Assembly: GCF_902713615.1 (NCBI RefSeq)
Contig: NC_052158.1
Location: 46,897,159 to 46,961,158, forward strand
From: Scyliorhinus canicula
Taxonomy: Eukaryota
DNA: 64,000 nucleotides
Direction: 5' to 3'
The notes under the pieces were generated by a model. It saw only the letters and a program-made list of their open reading frames with translations, did not search any database and was not told where the DNA came from. This document shows positions 23,200-34,697 of the stretch, one piece after another; the stretch's first letter is position 1, and each line of letters starts with the position of its first letter. Both the position numbers and the translations under genes were made by a program.

Positions 23200-25287
23200 C
23201 TCAACTAATTGAAGCTCAAGTGCAACTTCGAGCTGAAACTCTTCCTGTCTCTGATGAAAAACTCAAGCTCATCAGAGAGGAGACTAAAAAAGATGAAATG
23301 TTCAGAGTCATCAGCCATATGAGAAATGGTTGGCCGAAAGGACACTGTTCGAATGACAGAAATATTCAATCTGTCCTCACTGTTGTAGATAGTTTTCTAC
23401 TTTGTCTCGATCATCTTGTTATTCCTACGACACTAAGGCACATGATACTCCAGAAGGTTCATGAAGGTCATTTAGGAATAGAAAAGTGCAAATGCCGAGC
23501 AAGACAGGCAGTGTATTGGCTTGGAATAAATACTGACATAGCCAATTTTTTTCCAGAACGTGAGACATGCCAGCGAAATCAATCGACTCAGATTAAAGAA
23601 AAACTCACATCTCATGACCTTGAGAAGACTCCATGGTTGAAAGCTGGTACTGATCTTTTTCATTTTCATGGTCGCGATTATGTCTTGACCATCGACTATT
23701 TTTCAAATTACCCAGAAGTAATAAAATTGTCTGATTCTACTTCAAAATCTGTGATGAAAGTGACTTAAGAAATATTTGCTTATCACGGGATCCCTTGCAG
23801 TCATGACAGACAATGGACATTGCTTTCATAGCAATGATTGGACAGAATTTACTCCTAGCTACAATTTCACTCATATCACGTCTAGTCCTCTTTATCCGCA
23901 ATCTAATGGCAAGGTTGAAAAAGGTGTTTTCATTGTGATACAACTTTTTAAGAAACCACTTGACTCTGGCTCAGATATGTTCTTACCTTTATTGAATTAT
24001 ACAGCTACTAAGGGCAGCACGGTGGCCTAGTGGTTAGCACAACCGCCTCACGGCGCTGAGGTCCCAGGTTCGATCCCGGCTCTGGGTCACTGTCCGTGTG
24101 GAGTTTGCACATTCTCCCAGTGTCTGCATGGGTTTCACCCCCACAACCCAAAAATGTGCAGAGTAGGTGGATTGGCCACGCTAAATTGCCCCTTAATTGG
24201 AAAAAATAATTGGGTAATCTAAATTTATTAAAAACAAATTAAAAAAAAAAAAATTATGCAGCTACTCCTCTCTAAACTGATTTATCTCCTGCTCACTTGT
24301 TAATGAACAGAACATTGCATACAACTCTTCCATGTCTACAAATACCTGATGTTCAACCAGTAATAAAGAAAATGCAACATCAAAAGCATCTTCAGGAGAA
24401 ATAATACAACAAACGTGCAAAATCATTGGAACCACTTAATCCAGATGAGTTAGTGAGAATTCAGATTCCTATGGGAGGATGATCTGATCTAACTAAGGTC
24501 ATAAATCAAGCAGCACCTTCCTCGTACATTGTTCAAGCGGCTGATAGTTCTGTTCTTAGAAGAAATCAACGTGCTCTTCTGAAAGTTTAATCTTCTCGTA
24601 TGTTATTTCCAAGTCTTCAGTTTGATGATAATTTATTTTGTACTACTTACAGCATCTTCTAAGCTACAAGATGACCTCCAGAAGCCGTTAAAAACATCTA
24701 CCATTCCACTGACTGGATTGAGGAGATCATCCAGAATCAGAAAGAAACCCGACAGACTGAATTTATAAAGTGAAACAAATGAACTGTTTAACAAATTTTA
24801 ACTCACTTATTAACTTTTGGTATACATATTAATGTATCATGTAATAATATTACTCATATTTTCCTTTTTGTACTGTACAAAATGTCAAAAAAAAGGGATA
24901 TAGTGATATGTATAATCTCAGGAGAGTAAAGGGTTAACAAGATGATGTTCATGTCTGTCAACAGGAGATGGCATCACTGAGTAGTCTTGTAAAAGGCTAC
25001 GTCTCGGCATTATGGAAGAAGCTGCTGGAGAAGTTGATGTTGAAGGACAGTGTGAAATTGAGTTAGAGTGCCCGTTACATATATTAGAAAGATAATTCAT
25101 TCCGTATCATAGATTCAATACTATTATTTTGTTAGTTGTACTATTATTTTGTTAGCTGTTACTCAGTAGAGTGTATGAACCAATTTAAGTAGTGTAAAAT
25201 AAACTAGTTTTGATTTAAACATCTAGCTTTATGTTCTTGGTCAACACTGCGACCTTGGCTATCTTGGAGAATACAAGAAACATAACA
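23200..25287 (+). mobile_element. Gypsy LTR retrotransposon 3' part: integrase, PPT, 3' LTR (about 24899-25287)
   Basis: HEGHLGIEKCKCRARQAVYW, TDNG, SSPLYPQSNGKVE; purine tract 24887-24898; LTR ends CATAACA; AATAAA at 25198. Confidence 0.9.
24011..24252 (+). mobile_element. Poly(A)-tailed V-SINE variant with about 15-bp TSD
   Basis: aattatacagctact / aattatgcagctact flank the element. Confidence 0.9.
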
Positions 25288-25995
25288 TCCCTCTCAGACC
25301 AAACTCATTCCCAATGCTTGAATCTGTCTGTGGCTCTGATCTGGAAACTGGCTCCCTCTCCATCAATGACAGTCTCTCTGGCCAATCTACTTCAATTGGG
25401 GATTAAACAATTGAAGCTAAAACATAGTTTTGATTGTTCGGGCAGCACCAGTTTTGTTCCTGGCTGCTACCGAATCTGTCACTTGCAATGTGATAATGGA
25501 GTAAAACACTAAAACTGTGTTGGCAACAAATGCAGCTTTTTGTCTCACCCCATTAGCACAAAAAACAGACCGTTCAGCCCATCTGCTTTCTACAGGGGCT
25601 TCTGCTTCACATGATCGTTCTCCCTATTTTATCCAACCTATCAGCAGAACCTTATTTTTATCACCTACTTACCTGGGTTCCCATTAAATACATCAAAATT
25701 ATTTGCTTCAACCATTCCCTGTCGGAGAAAGTTCCACATTCTACTAATTCCTTTGGGAAATAAATTCATTGGATTTATTATTGTCCATTATAACTTTCTG
25801 GACCCTAGTTTAGGACTCCCCCAGACAAGCGAGAACATATTTCCATTTACCCAAAATTTGCAATTTTATAATTCATAATTTTTAAAGAATTCTATGATGT
25901 CCACCCTCAGCCTTCTGTTTTCTCGGGAAGAGTGCCAGCCTGTTCATTCTTTCCTGACAGTTACAACCTCTCAATTCTTATCATCCTTATAAATT

Positions 25996-26110
25996 TTTGA
26001 CAAAGGGTCATCTGGACTCGATGACCTTTCGTCTCCCTCCAGATGCTGCCAGACCTGCTGAGATTTTCCAACGTTTTCTCTTTTGGTTTCAGATCGCAGT
26101 AATTTGCTTT
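25996..26110 (+). mobile_element. Penelope-like 3' tail fragment
   Basis: TTTGACAAAGGGTCATCTGGACTC..CAGATGCTGCCAGACCTGCTGAGATTTTCC matches the element at 6880. Confidence 0.75.
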
Positions 26111-26175
26111 TAATCTCTCTGGAGCCTTTGACATGCCCGACCACACTATCCACTTCCTGGTCCTTTTCTGTGTTC

Positions 26176-26262
26176 AGTAAGAAGTCTTACAACACCAGGT
26201 TAAAGTCCAACAGGTTTGTTTCAAACACGATCTTTCGGAGCGCAGCTCCTTCCTCAGGTGAA
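26176..26262 (-). ncRNA. Minimal type-I hammerhead ribozyme motif in a Penelope-type terminal fragment
   Basis: cac-CUGAGGA-a-GGAGC-ugc-GCUCC-GAAA-g-AUC-gug. Confidence 0.6.
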
Positions 26263-26379
26263 TGAGGTTGTGTTGTGTTGTGTCTTTTCTGTGTTGTGTA
26301 GTAAGTGGGACTTCACTGACTTGTGGCACTTTTTCCTCTTCAGTTGTATGCCGAGAATCTGCTGCAATGGTGAATCTTC

Positions 26380-26710
26380 CCACGTGCATCGCTCTGGTTC
26401 CTACCAAGGGTCAATCTCTGCTTTTCAATTCGATTCAGGTGCTCGGGCTCGCGCTTCCTCACATTCCAACACCCGAACGCTGGGCGCCAACCGCCTCTGC
26501 GCGCGGGAGAACTGCAACTCCCATCAGGCACCGCGGGCTGTCTCTCTCTCTCTCTCTCCCTGGTTCCAGGAATGCGTCTGCGCAGAACTGGACGGAGCAG
26601 AAGGTGATGTCCCGCCCTCTCATATGTGATTGGCGGCCTGAATTGATTGACATTTCCATTATGGAAGGTCTATTCTTCTTTATATAAGTGGCTCTGAGAG
26701 CCGTCAATCA
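26380..26710. promoter_or_regulatory. CpG-rich promoter with ZNF143/THAP11-type composite motif and CCAAT box
   Basis: ACTGCAACTCCCATCAGGCACCGCG at 26511-26535; GATTGG near 26630; local CpG enrichment. Confidence 0.6.
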
Positions 26711-26779
26711 ATGTTTAGTTGTTTGGCTGTGTGTTGGATTTTGTATGTTTATTGGAAGCATTTCCCTTTTGATTTACAG

Positions 26780-26818
26780 GCTGAATTTTGTTGATGGGTC
26801 ATCAATACATATGATAAA
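26780..26818 (+). other. 39-nt 5'UTR microexon, copy 3
   Basis: cccttttgatttacAG|...TAAA|GTgagc. Confidence 0.55.
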
Positions 26819-27419
26819 GTGAGCTGTAATTATCTGGGAGGGGCAGAGACATATTTATTAAAATGTCTTTAAATGTCTTCTTTAACATTTTTAACTGAAG
26901 GCCTCTACCTTTCTCAAAGGTGTGGGCTGTGGAGTGTGACTTGAACTCAGCATTCTGACTCAGAGACGAGTGTGCTAACTCAGACACGATTGATAGTAAC
27001 ACATAATATTTCTAGATTAAATTGTATTAGATTAAGTTTCTAAGGGGTTTGATTTACATTTACTGTCATGTGTACTGAGGTACAGTGAAAAGTATTGTTC
27101 TGCATACAGTCTAGACAGATCAATCCATACATGAAAAACATTGGATATACGATAAATACATAATATAAATACATTGACATTGGGTGAAGCATATGGAATA
27201 CAGTACTACAACAGTAGAGAAGATGCGTAAAGCGTTGAGTCCAGAAGAGGGTCATTCAGGAGTCTGATAACAGCAGGAAAGAAGCTGTTTTTGAATCTGT
27301 CATAGATATAGAATTTGCAGTGCAGAAAGAGGCCATTCAGCCCATCGAGCCAGCACTGGCCCATGGAAAGAGCACCCTACTTAAGCCCACAACTCCACCC
27401 AATACCCGTAACCCCCATG

Positions 27420-27960
27420 ATGGTGCCACAAACCAACCACTCGGGAGGGCTTCAGGGCGAAGGGAGACCCGAGAGTGCAGAGGCGCAACCACATGGCGTA
27501 CACATAGCTGGTGGCCATGTTGGGTGCCCCCTGGACAAAAGGAAACCCTGGAGTCCTAGGGCCCAACCTCATGGTCAGAGCAATGACCGTGGCCATTTTG
27601 GATGGTCCCCTAAAGAAGGGAAACCCTGGAGGACAGGGGCGCGTCCACCAGGTAATTATGGGTCACCCCGCAGGACCGGGGGGTCAAAACTCCCCACCAG
27701 GATTGTTACCTGGAACGTAATGGGACTCAACGGCCCGGTGAAAAGATCCAGAGTCTTCACCTACCTAAGAAGTCTAAAAGCAGACATAATCTACCCACAA
27801 GAGATGCACCTGAGGGAGAAGGACTGACTTCTGGTAAGAAAGGGATGGGTGGGACAGACATACCACTCATGCTACGGGACAAGGGCTAGGGGGGCAATAA
27901 TATTAATTAGTAAGAGGACGAGGTTTACAGAAACCAAGGTAGTTACCGACCCAGGGGGAT
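27420..27960 (+). mobile_element. L1 inter-ORF region and ORF2 endonuclease N-terminus
   Basis: RIVTWNVMGLNGPVKRSRVFTYLRSLKADIIYPQEMHL. Confidence 0.9.
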
Positions 27961-27974
27961 GGAAACAAACCTAT

Positions 27975-28370
27975 CAGCTGCCTCTCCCACTTCCCTCTTC
28001 CCCTAGCCCGCCCAGACAAACTTCCATTAATACTCCCTCCTGCCCCAGCCCTGAAGTCACATCTTTCTCTAGTTTCTCTCCTATCTCCCTTCATGTCCAC
28101 CCTGAACTCATCTTGTCCATGAGACCCATCTCCTGTTCGCTCCACCATATTCTCACTAAACTGAAACCCAACTGCCCCTCTTGTTCCCATGTTGGCCAAT
28201 ATTATTCACGGTTCTCTCTCTTCAGATGTTGTCCCCCTCTCCCTAAATCTGCTGTTATCTCCCCCTCCTTGAAAAAAACAATCCTTGACCCCTCCTTCTT
28301 TGCAAACAACTGCCCCATTTCCAACCTGCCTTTTCTCTACATAGTCCTTGAACATGTTGTCACTTCCTAA
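27975..28370 (+). mobile_element. L2-like LINE RT fragment
   Basis: KSAVISPSLKKTILDPSFFANNCPISNLPFL. Confidence 0.8.
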
Positions 28371-28591
28371 ATCCTGGAAAGGGCCACGGGGCCAGAAGTG
28401 ATGAGGGGTCTGGCGCGGTGTCATATGGGTGAGGGATGAGAGGTGAGCAGTGAGGTTGCCGAGGAGTGAGGGATCGAGTCACAAACCCAGTCACAAGGAA
28501 ATATTTTATTCCCTTTCTCCTTTGCCCCCTTCTCTCCTGTGCCTGTGCTGATCCCACCACTGCCCATCATCAGTGCCTTGGATGCAGAGGG

Positions 28592-31500
28592 TGATGCGAC
28601 CATCAATTCACTCGAAGACACGTGTCGAAGTAAACAGTGGTTTCAATCAACTTAAAACTTAGCCTGCCTGCGACCGGTACAATACTGAAGGCGGTCCCGC
28701 AGGTCTGCTGCTCTTATACTTCCTCTAAAGGGCAGAGCCTGTACATTAGGGGCCTCACGGTAGCATGGTGGTTAGCATCAATGCTTCACAGCTCCAGGGT
28801 CCCAGGTTCGATTCCCGGCTGGGTCACTGTCTGTGTGGAGTCTGCACGTCCTCCCCGTGTGTGCGTGGGTTTCCTCCGGGTGCTCCGGTTTCCTCCCACA
28901 GTCCAAAGATGTGCGGGTTAGGTGGATTGGCCATGCTAAATTGCCCGTAGTGTAAGGTTAATGGGGGGATTGTTGGGTTACGGGTATACGGGTTACGTGG
29001 GTTTAAGTAGGGTGATCATTGCTCGGCACAACATCGAGGGCCGAAGGGCCTGTTCTGTGCTGTACTGTTCTATGTTCCAACATCTCCCCCTGTGGGTGAA
29101 GCCACACAATGGCCCACAGATGGAGCCCACAGGGTCAATGACATAGTATAATGTAATACAGTATACTGGTGAATTAACAGTATTTATACATTCACCACAT
29201 TTACCCCCTGTAAAAAAAATTAAGTCTGGCGGGGGTGACGGGTTCACAAATTCAGTCGGTCCAGCGCCCGGATCGTACGTTACGACCGCCGAAGCACTGG
29301 GGTCGCAGCCATTTCGGGTGGCTGTGGAAGTGGGTCCGGTGCGGGCCCAGGGTGGAGTCCGGGGCGGCTCTTCCGGAGCTTCATTCCTGCGGACCGGTGT
29401 GCCGGGTGGAAGGGAGCGTGGGAACCAAATAGGTGTGGGGGCGCTGGACATGGGAGATTGGGTGGGGTATAGTGTGGGGGGTACAGTAGTGGTAGTGGTG
29501 GAGGAGCCTGCGGGTGCCAGGTCTCGGAGGGAGACGGTATCCTGCCGGCCATCGGGGTGTTCGACGTATGCATAGTGTGGGTTTGAGTGCAGGAGCTGGA
29601 TCCTCTTTACCAAAGGGTCGGTCTTATGCGTCCGAACGTGTTTCCGGAGGAGGACAGGACCCGGTGTCATCATCCAGGACGGAAGCGAGGCCCCTGTGGT
29701 AGTTCCCCTAGGGAAGACAAACAAGCGGTCATGAGGAGTCTTGTTTGTGGCCGTGCAAAGGAGGGACCTAATAGCATGGAGCGCATCGGGGAGGACCTCC
29801 TGCCAGTGGGAAACCGGGTGATTCCTGGACCGTAGGGTCAGTAGGACGGTCTTCCAGACCGTCGCGTTCTCCCTCTCCACCTGTCCGTTTCCCCTGGGGT
29901 TGTAACTGGTAGTCCTGCTCAAGGTGATGCCCTTACTGAACAGGTACTGACGCGGTTCATCGCTCATGAATGACAAGCTCCTGTCACTGTGGACATAATT
30001 GGGGGAACCAAACAGGGTGAAGACACTGTGCAGGGCTCTGATAACAGTGGGGGTGGTCATATCGGGGCACGGGATGGCAAACGGGAAACGGGAGAACTCA
30101 TCTATAATGTTGAGAAAATAGGTATTGCGATTATTTAAGGGGAGGGGCCCTTTGAAATCAATACTGAGGCATTCAAAGGGCCGGGATGCCTTTAACAGGT
30201 GGGCCTTATCTGGTCGATAGAAGTGCGTTTTACACTCCGCACAGATTTTGCAGTCCCTGGTTACAGCTCTGACCTCCTCGGTGGAAAGGGCAGGTTGCGC
30301 GCCTTGATGTAATGGGCGAGCCGGGTGACCGCCGGGTGGCAGAGGTCGTCGTGGATATCACGTAGTCGGTCATCTTGCGCTGGCGCATGTGCCGCAAGAC
30401 AGGGCATCTGGGGGCTCGTTGAGCTTCCAAGGACGATATACTATATCGTAATTATAGGTGGAGAGTTCGATCCTCCACCTCAAGATCTTATCATTCTTGA
30501 TCTTGCCCCGCTGTGTATTATCAAACATGAAGGCAACCGATTGTTGGTCGGTGACGAGGGTAAACCTCCTACCAGTGAGGTATTGCCTCCAGTGCCGCAC
30601 GGCTTCCACGATGGCTTGGGCCTCTTTTTCGACCGAGGAGTGTCGAAGTTCAGAGGTGGTGAGAGTGTGTGAAAAAAATGCTCCCGGCCTGCCTGCTTGG
30701 TTAAGGGTGGCGGCGAGAGCGACCTCTGATGCGTCGCTCTCTACCTGGAAGGGAACAGACTCATCCACCGCACGCATGGCAGCTTTGGCGATGTCCGCCT
30801 TGATGCAGTTGAAGGCCTGGCGAGCCTCGGTTGCCAGTGGGAAAAGGGTGGCCTTAAATAGTGGGCGGGCTTTGTCTGCATACTGGGGGACCAACTGGGT
30901 GTAATGGGAAACAATTCCAAGGCACCGCTTGAGGGCCTTGGGACAATGAAGGAGAGGGAGTGGCAGGAGGGGGCGCATACGGTCAGGGTCGGGCCCTAGG
31001 ACCCCGTTTTCCAAGACGTAGCTGAGGATGGCTAGCCTGGTTGTGCGGAAAACGTATTTCTCCTTGTTATAAGTGAGGTTAAGTTTTTGGGCGGTTTGGA
31101 GAAATCGGTGGACGTTGGCGTCGTGGTCCTGCTGATCATGGCTGCAGATGGTGATGTTGTCCAAGTGCGGAAACGTGGCCCGCAGCCCGTACTCATCCAC
31201 CATTCGGTCCATCGCTCGTTGGAACACCGAAACCCCGTTCCTGACGCCAAAGGGAACCCCGGAAGAAATGAAAAAGGTGGCCGTCTGCCTCAAACACCGT
31301 GTGGTGGCGGTCCTCCGGGCGGATTAGGAGGTGGTGGTCTGCAGACTTCAGATCCACCGTGGACAACACGCGGTAGTGCACGATCTGATTCACCATGTCT
31401 GCAATCTAGGGAAGGGGGTACGCATCAAGTTGCGTAAACCGGTTAATGGTCTGGCTGTAATCAACCACCATCCGGAACTTTTTCCCGGTCTTGACGACCA

Positions 31501-33461
31501 CCACCTGAGCTCTCCCGGGGCTATTGCTGGCTCCTATGACTCCTTCCTGCAAGAGATGCTGGATCTCGGACCTAATAAATGTCCTGTCCTGCATACTATA
31601 CCGCCTGCTTCGAGTCGCTACTGGCTTGCAATCAGCGGTGAGGTTAGCGGAGAGGGGAGGAGGGTCAACTTTTAGGGTTGCGAGGCTGCATATGGTGAGT
31701 GGGGGCAGGGGTCCGCCAAAACTAAGCTTTAGGCTCCTGAGATTGCACTGAAAGTCGAGTCCTAAAAGGAGAGAGGCGCAGAGGTCTGGGAACACATACA
31801 ATTGAAAATTAGTATACTCTAGTATTAGTATACTATTAGGCGCCCTGTATCGCTAAGGTTGCAGTAGTGCACCTTTACATTTGTACTGAGTGCGACCCAG
31901 AGGCGAGGGAGATTGTTTGTTGCGTCGGTAATATCGGGAGCAAGCAGCGTCTTACCAGATCCGGGTGAATAAAACTCTCGGAGCTCCCGGAGTCAAACAG
32001 GCAAGGTGTCTCATATCCGTTAACCCGGACAGCCATCATGGGGCTCCTGAGGTGCTTGGGTCGCGACTGGTCCAAGGTGACTGCACTGAGTTGAGGGTAA
32101 TCGGCGGCGTGATTGGCGGTGCTGGGGCGGCCCCGTGATGTCTGTCCGTGCAGGTCGCACGCGTTGAGTGGTGTAGCAGATGCTGGCCAAGGTGGCGGCC
32201 CCCGTTGATTGAGCGTGGCAGGCGGTGAGGAAGATGGCACCCAAGATGGCGGCCCCCATGGATCGCACGTGGCCGGCCGCGTGGGGGAGGGTGGCCAAGA
32301 TGGGCCCCCGTGAGTCGCACGTGTTGTGCGGAGTCAGAGTTGGCAGACACCCTGCCACATTACGGGGGTCTGCAGGCCTGAGAGTCGGTGGATCAGGTCT
32401 CTGAGTTCGAGTGTTTAGGCTTGGCCAGGCAGACCTTGGCGAAGTGTCCTATTCAGCCGCAGCTGCTGCAGTTCGCGTTGTGGGCTGGGCAGTGTTTCCG
32501 GGGGTGTTGAGGCTGGCCGCAAAAATAGCAAGGTAGCCCCCCAAGATGAGCAGGTGGCCGAGCGGCACAGGCCTGGGGTACTCTCTGGTCGGGGGCCCAC
32601 GAGGGAGTCGCGTGGTATGCCAGGAACGCAGTGAGACTCTGAAAAGCGACCTCCAGCGAGGTCGCCAGTTTTACTGTGTCATCCAGGTCCTGGGCCCCTT
32701 ATTCGAGCTGGCGCTGCCTCACATTGTTCGATCTGACCCCCCCAACGTAAACGTCTCGGACGGGAAGCTCCATGTGCTGAGTGGCCATAACGGCCTGAGA
32801 GTTACAGTTGCACACGAGGGCTTTGAGGTTGCGCAGATAGTCATCCAGCGACTTCCCGGGGCGCTGGTGGCTAGTGGTGAAGATATGTCGCGCGTAGACC
32901 TCGTTCACAGGCCGCACGTAGATGCGTTCAAGTATTGTATAGGAGGCGGCTTCGTTGAGCTGTGCAGAAATGCGATGGCTCACCCGTGCGTGGAGGAGAC
33001 TCAATTTCTGTTCATCCGTGACAGATGACGTCGACGACACGGCAATGTGGGCCTTGAAACACCGAAGCCAATGTGAAAAAATTTATTTCGCCTCTGCGGC
33101 CTGTGGATCGAGCTCCAGTCTGTCAGGTTTGAGGGCTGACTCCACAGTAGTTTTTTTAAGTTGATTAAATTGACGCGACCATCAATTCACTCGAAGACAC
33201 GTGTCGAAGTAAACAGTGGTTTTAATCAACTTACAACTCAGCCTGCCTGCGACCAGTACAATACTGAAGGCGGTCCCGCAGGTCTCCTGCTCTTATACTT
33301 CCTCTAAAGGGTGGAGCCATGGGCAGAGCCCGTACATGCTCCAACATCTCCCCCTGTGGGTGAAGCCACACAATGGCCCATAGATGGAGCCCACAGGGTT
33401 AATAACAGTATAACGTAATACAGTATACTGGTGAATTAACAGTATTTATACATTCACCACA
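28592..33461 (-). mobile_element. Full-length Gypsy LTR retrotransposon A (gag-PR-RT-RH-IN, frameshifted)
   Basis: LTRs 33171-33461 and 28592-29199 (TG..CA); 5-bp TSD GAGGG at 28587-28591 and 33462-33466; PPT near 29200-29211; DSGS protease, DAYPLP, DAS RNase H, HSDR/GNGQVE integrase. Confidence 0.97.
28749..29077 (+). mobile_element. Young HE1-like V-SINE inside the 3' LTR of Gypsy A
   Basis: Absent from the other LTR; near-identical to 34352-34697 and 55527-55799. Confidence 0.95.
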
Positions 33462-33589
33462 GAGGGTCTATCTTTTCTGATCTGCTGTACACATTCCACA
33501 CTGATGTTGTCAATTTGAAATGCTATTCCCACACTAGAAATCTCTGTCAAACATTTACCAGAGGGGGTTGGGGAACTGAGAAAGCAGCT

Positions 33590-33838
33590 GCAATTAGGTA
33601 GACTTTATTCAGATGGGACAATGACAAGTTTAAATCCCCACCTGATCTGCTACTCAAAGTCGCCTCCGTTTCCTTGGTCAGTTTCCCAAACTTCAGGAAA
33701 CTCCTGTTACTGCAGAAATATTTGGATTGTCTGTGAGAGACGTCAATCAGAGAGCCCACCCACTCTGCCCATTCTCTCCTCTTCCTCTACCACAGCTGCT
33801 TCACTTCCTGTAGGGACTCAAAACCAAGTCAGGAGATG
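33590..33838 (+). promoter_or_regulatory. ZNF promoter/exon-1 module, copy 3
   Basis: GACGTCAATCAG, GCCCACCC, CACTTCCTG; ATG|GTGAGT at 33836-33844. Confidence 0.7.
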
Positions 33839-34042
33839 GTGAGTGAAGGAGCAGAATTTACAATCATTACATTGCACAATATCCACACTAATGTTCAGGC
33901 AGTCTGACTATCCTGTGGGTAATCAGGTGTGGAAATGCCCCTTATGCTGTGTGAGAAGATCCAGCTCAGAGACCTGCTTACTCGGTGCTTTATGCTGGAT
34001 ATTGATGGTGTTTATTGGAAACATTTCCCTTCTGATTTACAG

Positions 34043-34081
34043 GCTGAGTTTTGTTGACGGGTCATTGCTGAATATGAGAAG
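34043..34081 (+). other. 39-nt 5'UTR microexon, copy 4
   Basis: cccttctgatttacAG|...GAAG|GTgagg. Confidence 0.6.
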
Positions 34082-34351
34082 GTGAGGTGGAATTATCTGG
34101 GCGGGCCAGAGACACATTTTTTAAAACGTCTTTTAATGTCTTAAAAGATTTTTTCTGAAGGCCTTGGCTTTTCCCAGAAGCCAGGGCTTGGATTTGATAG
34201 TTTAGCCCAGTGCTGTGTGTGAGAGCTGAATTTGGGATGTGTAGTCTGACTGAGTGCACTGTATCTAGTTTCCCAGGATAAACCAGAACCCTTGTCAGCA
34301 ACACTGAAGCAATGTATTCCTGAGCTACCAGTATTTCCTGTCCAGTGTGTT

Positions 34352-34697
34352 TTAGAACATAGAACAGTACAGCACAGAACAGGCCCTTCGGCCCTCGATG
34401 TTGTGCCGAGCAATGATCACCCTACTCAAACCCACGTATCCACCCTATACCCGTAACCCAACAACCCCCCCCCCCCCCACCTTACTTTTTAGGACACTGC
34501 GGGCAATTTAGCATGGCCAATCCACCTAACCCGCACATCTTTGGACTGTGGGAGGAAACCGGAGCACCCGGAGGAAACCCACGCACACACGGGGAGGACG
34601 TGCAGACTCCGCACAGACAGTGACCCAGCTGGGAATCGAACCTGGGACCCTGGAGCTGTGAAGCATTTATGCTAACCACCATGCTACCGTGCTGCCC
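34352..34697 (-). mobile_element. Young HE1-like V-SINE (intronic)
   Basis: Full head, core and tail. Confidence 0.95.

Noticed and set aside
21097-27960. L1 pieces at 21.1 kb and 27.4 kb as one rearranged element
   Set aside because: They overlap by about 45 bp around TDPGG and differ substantially there, so they are separate copies.
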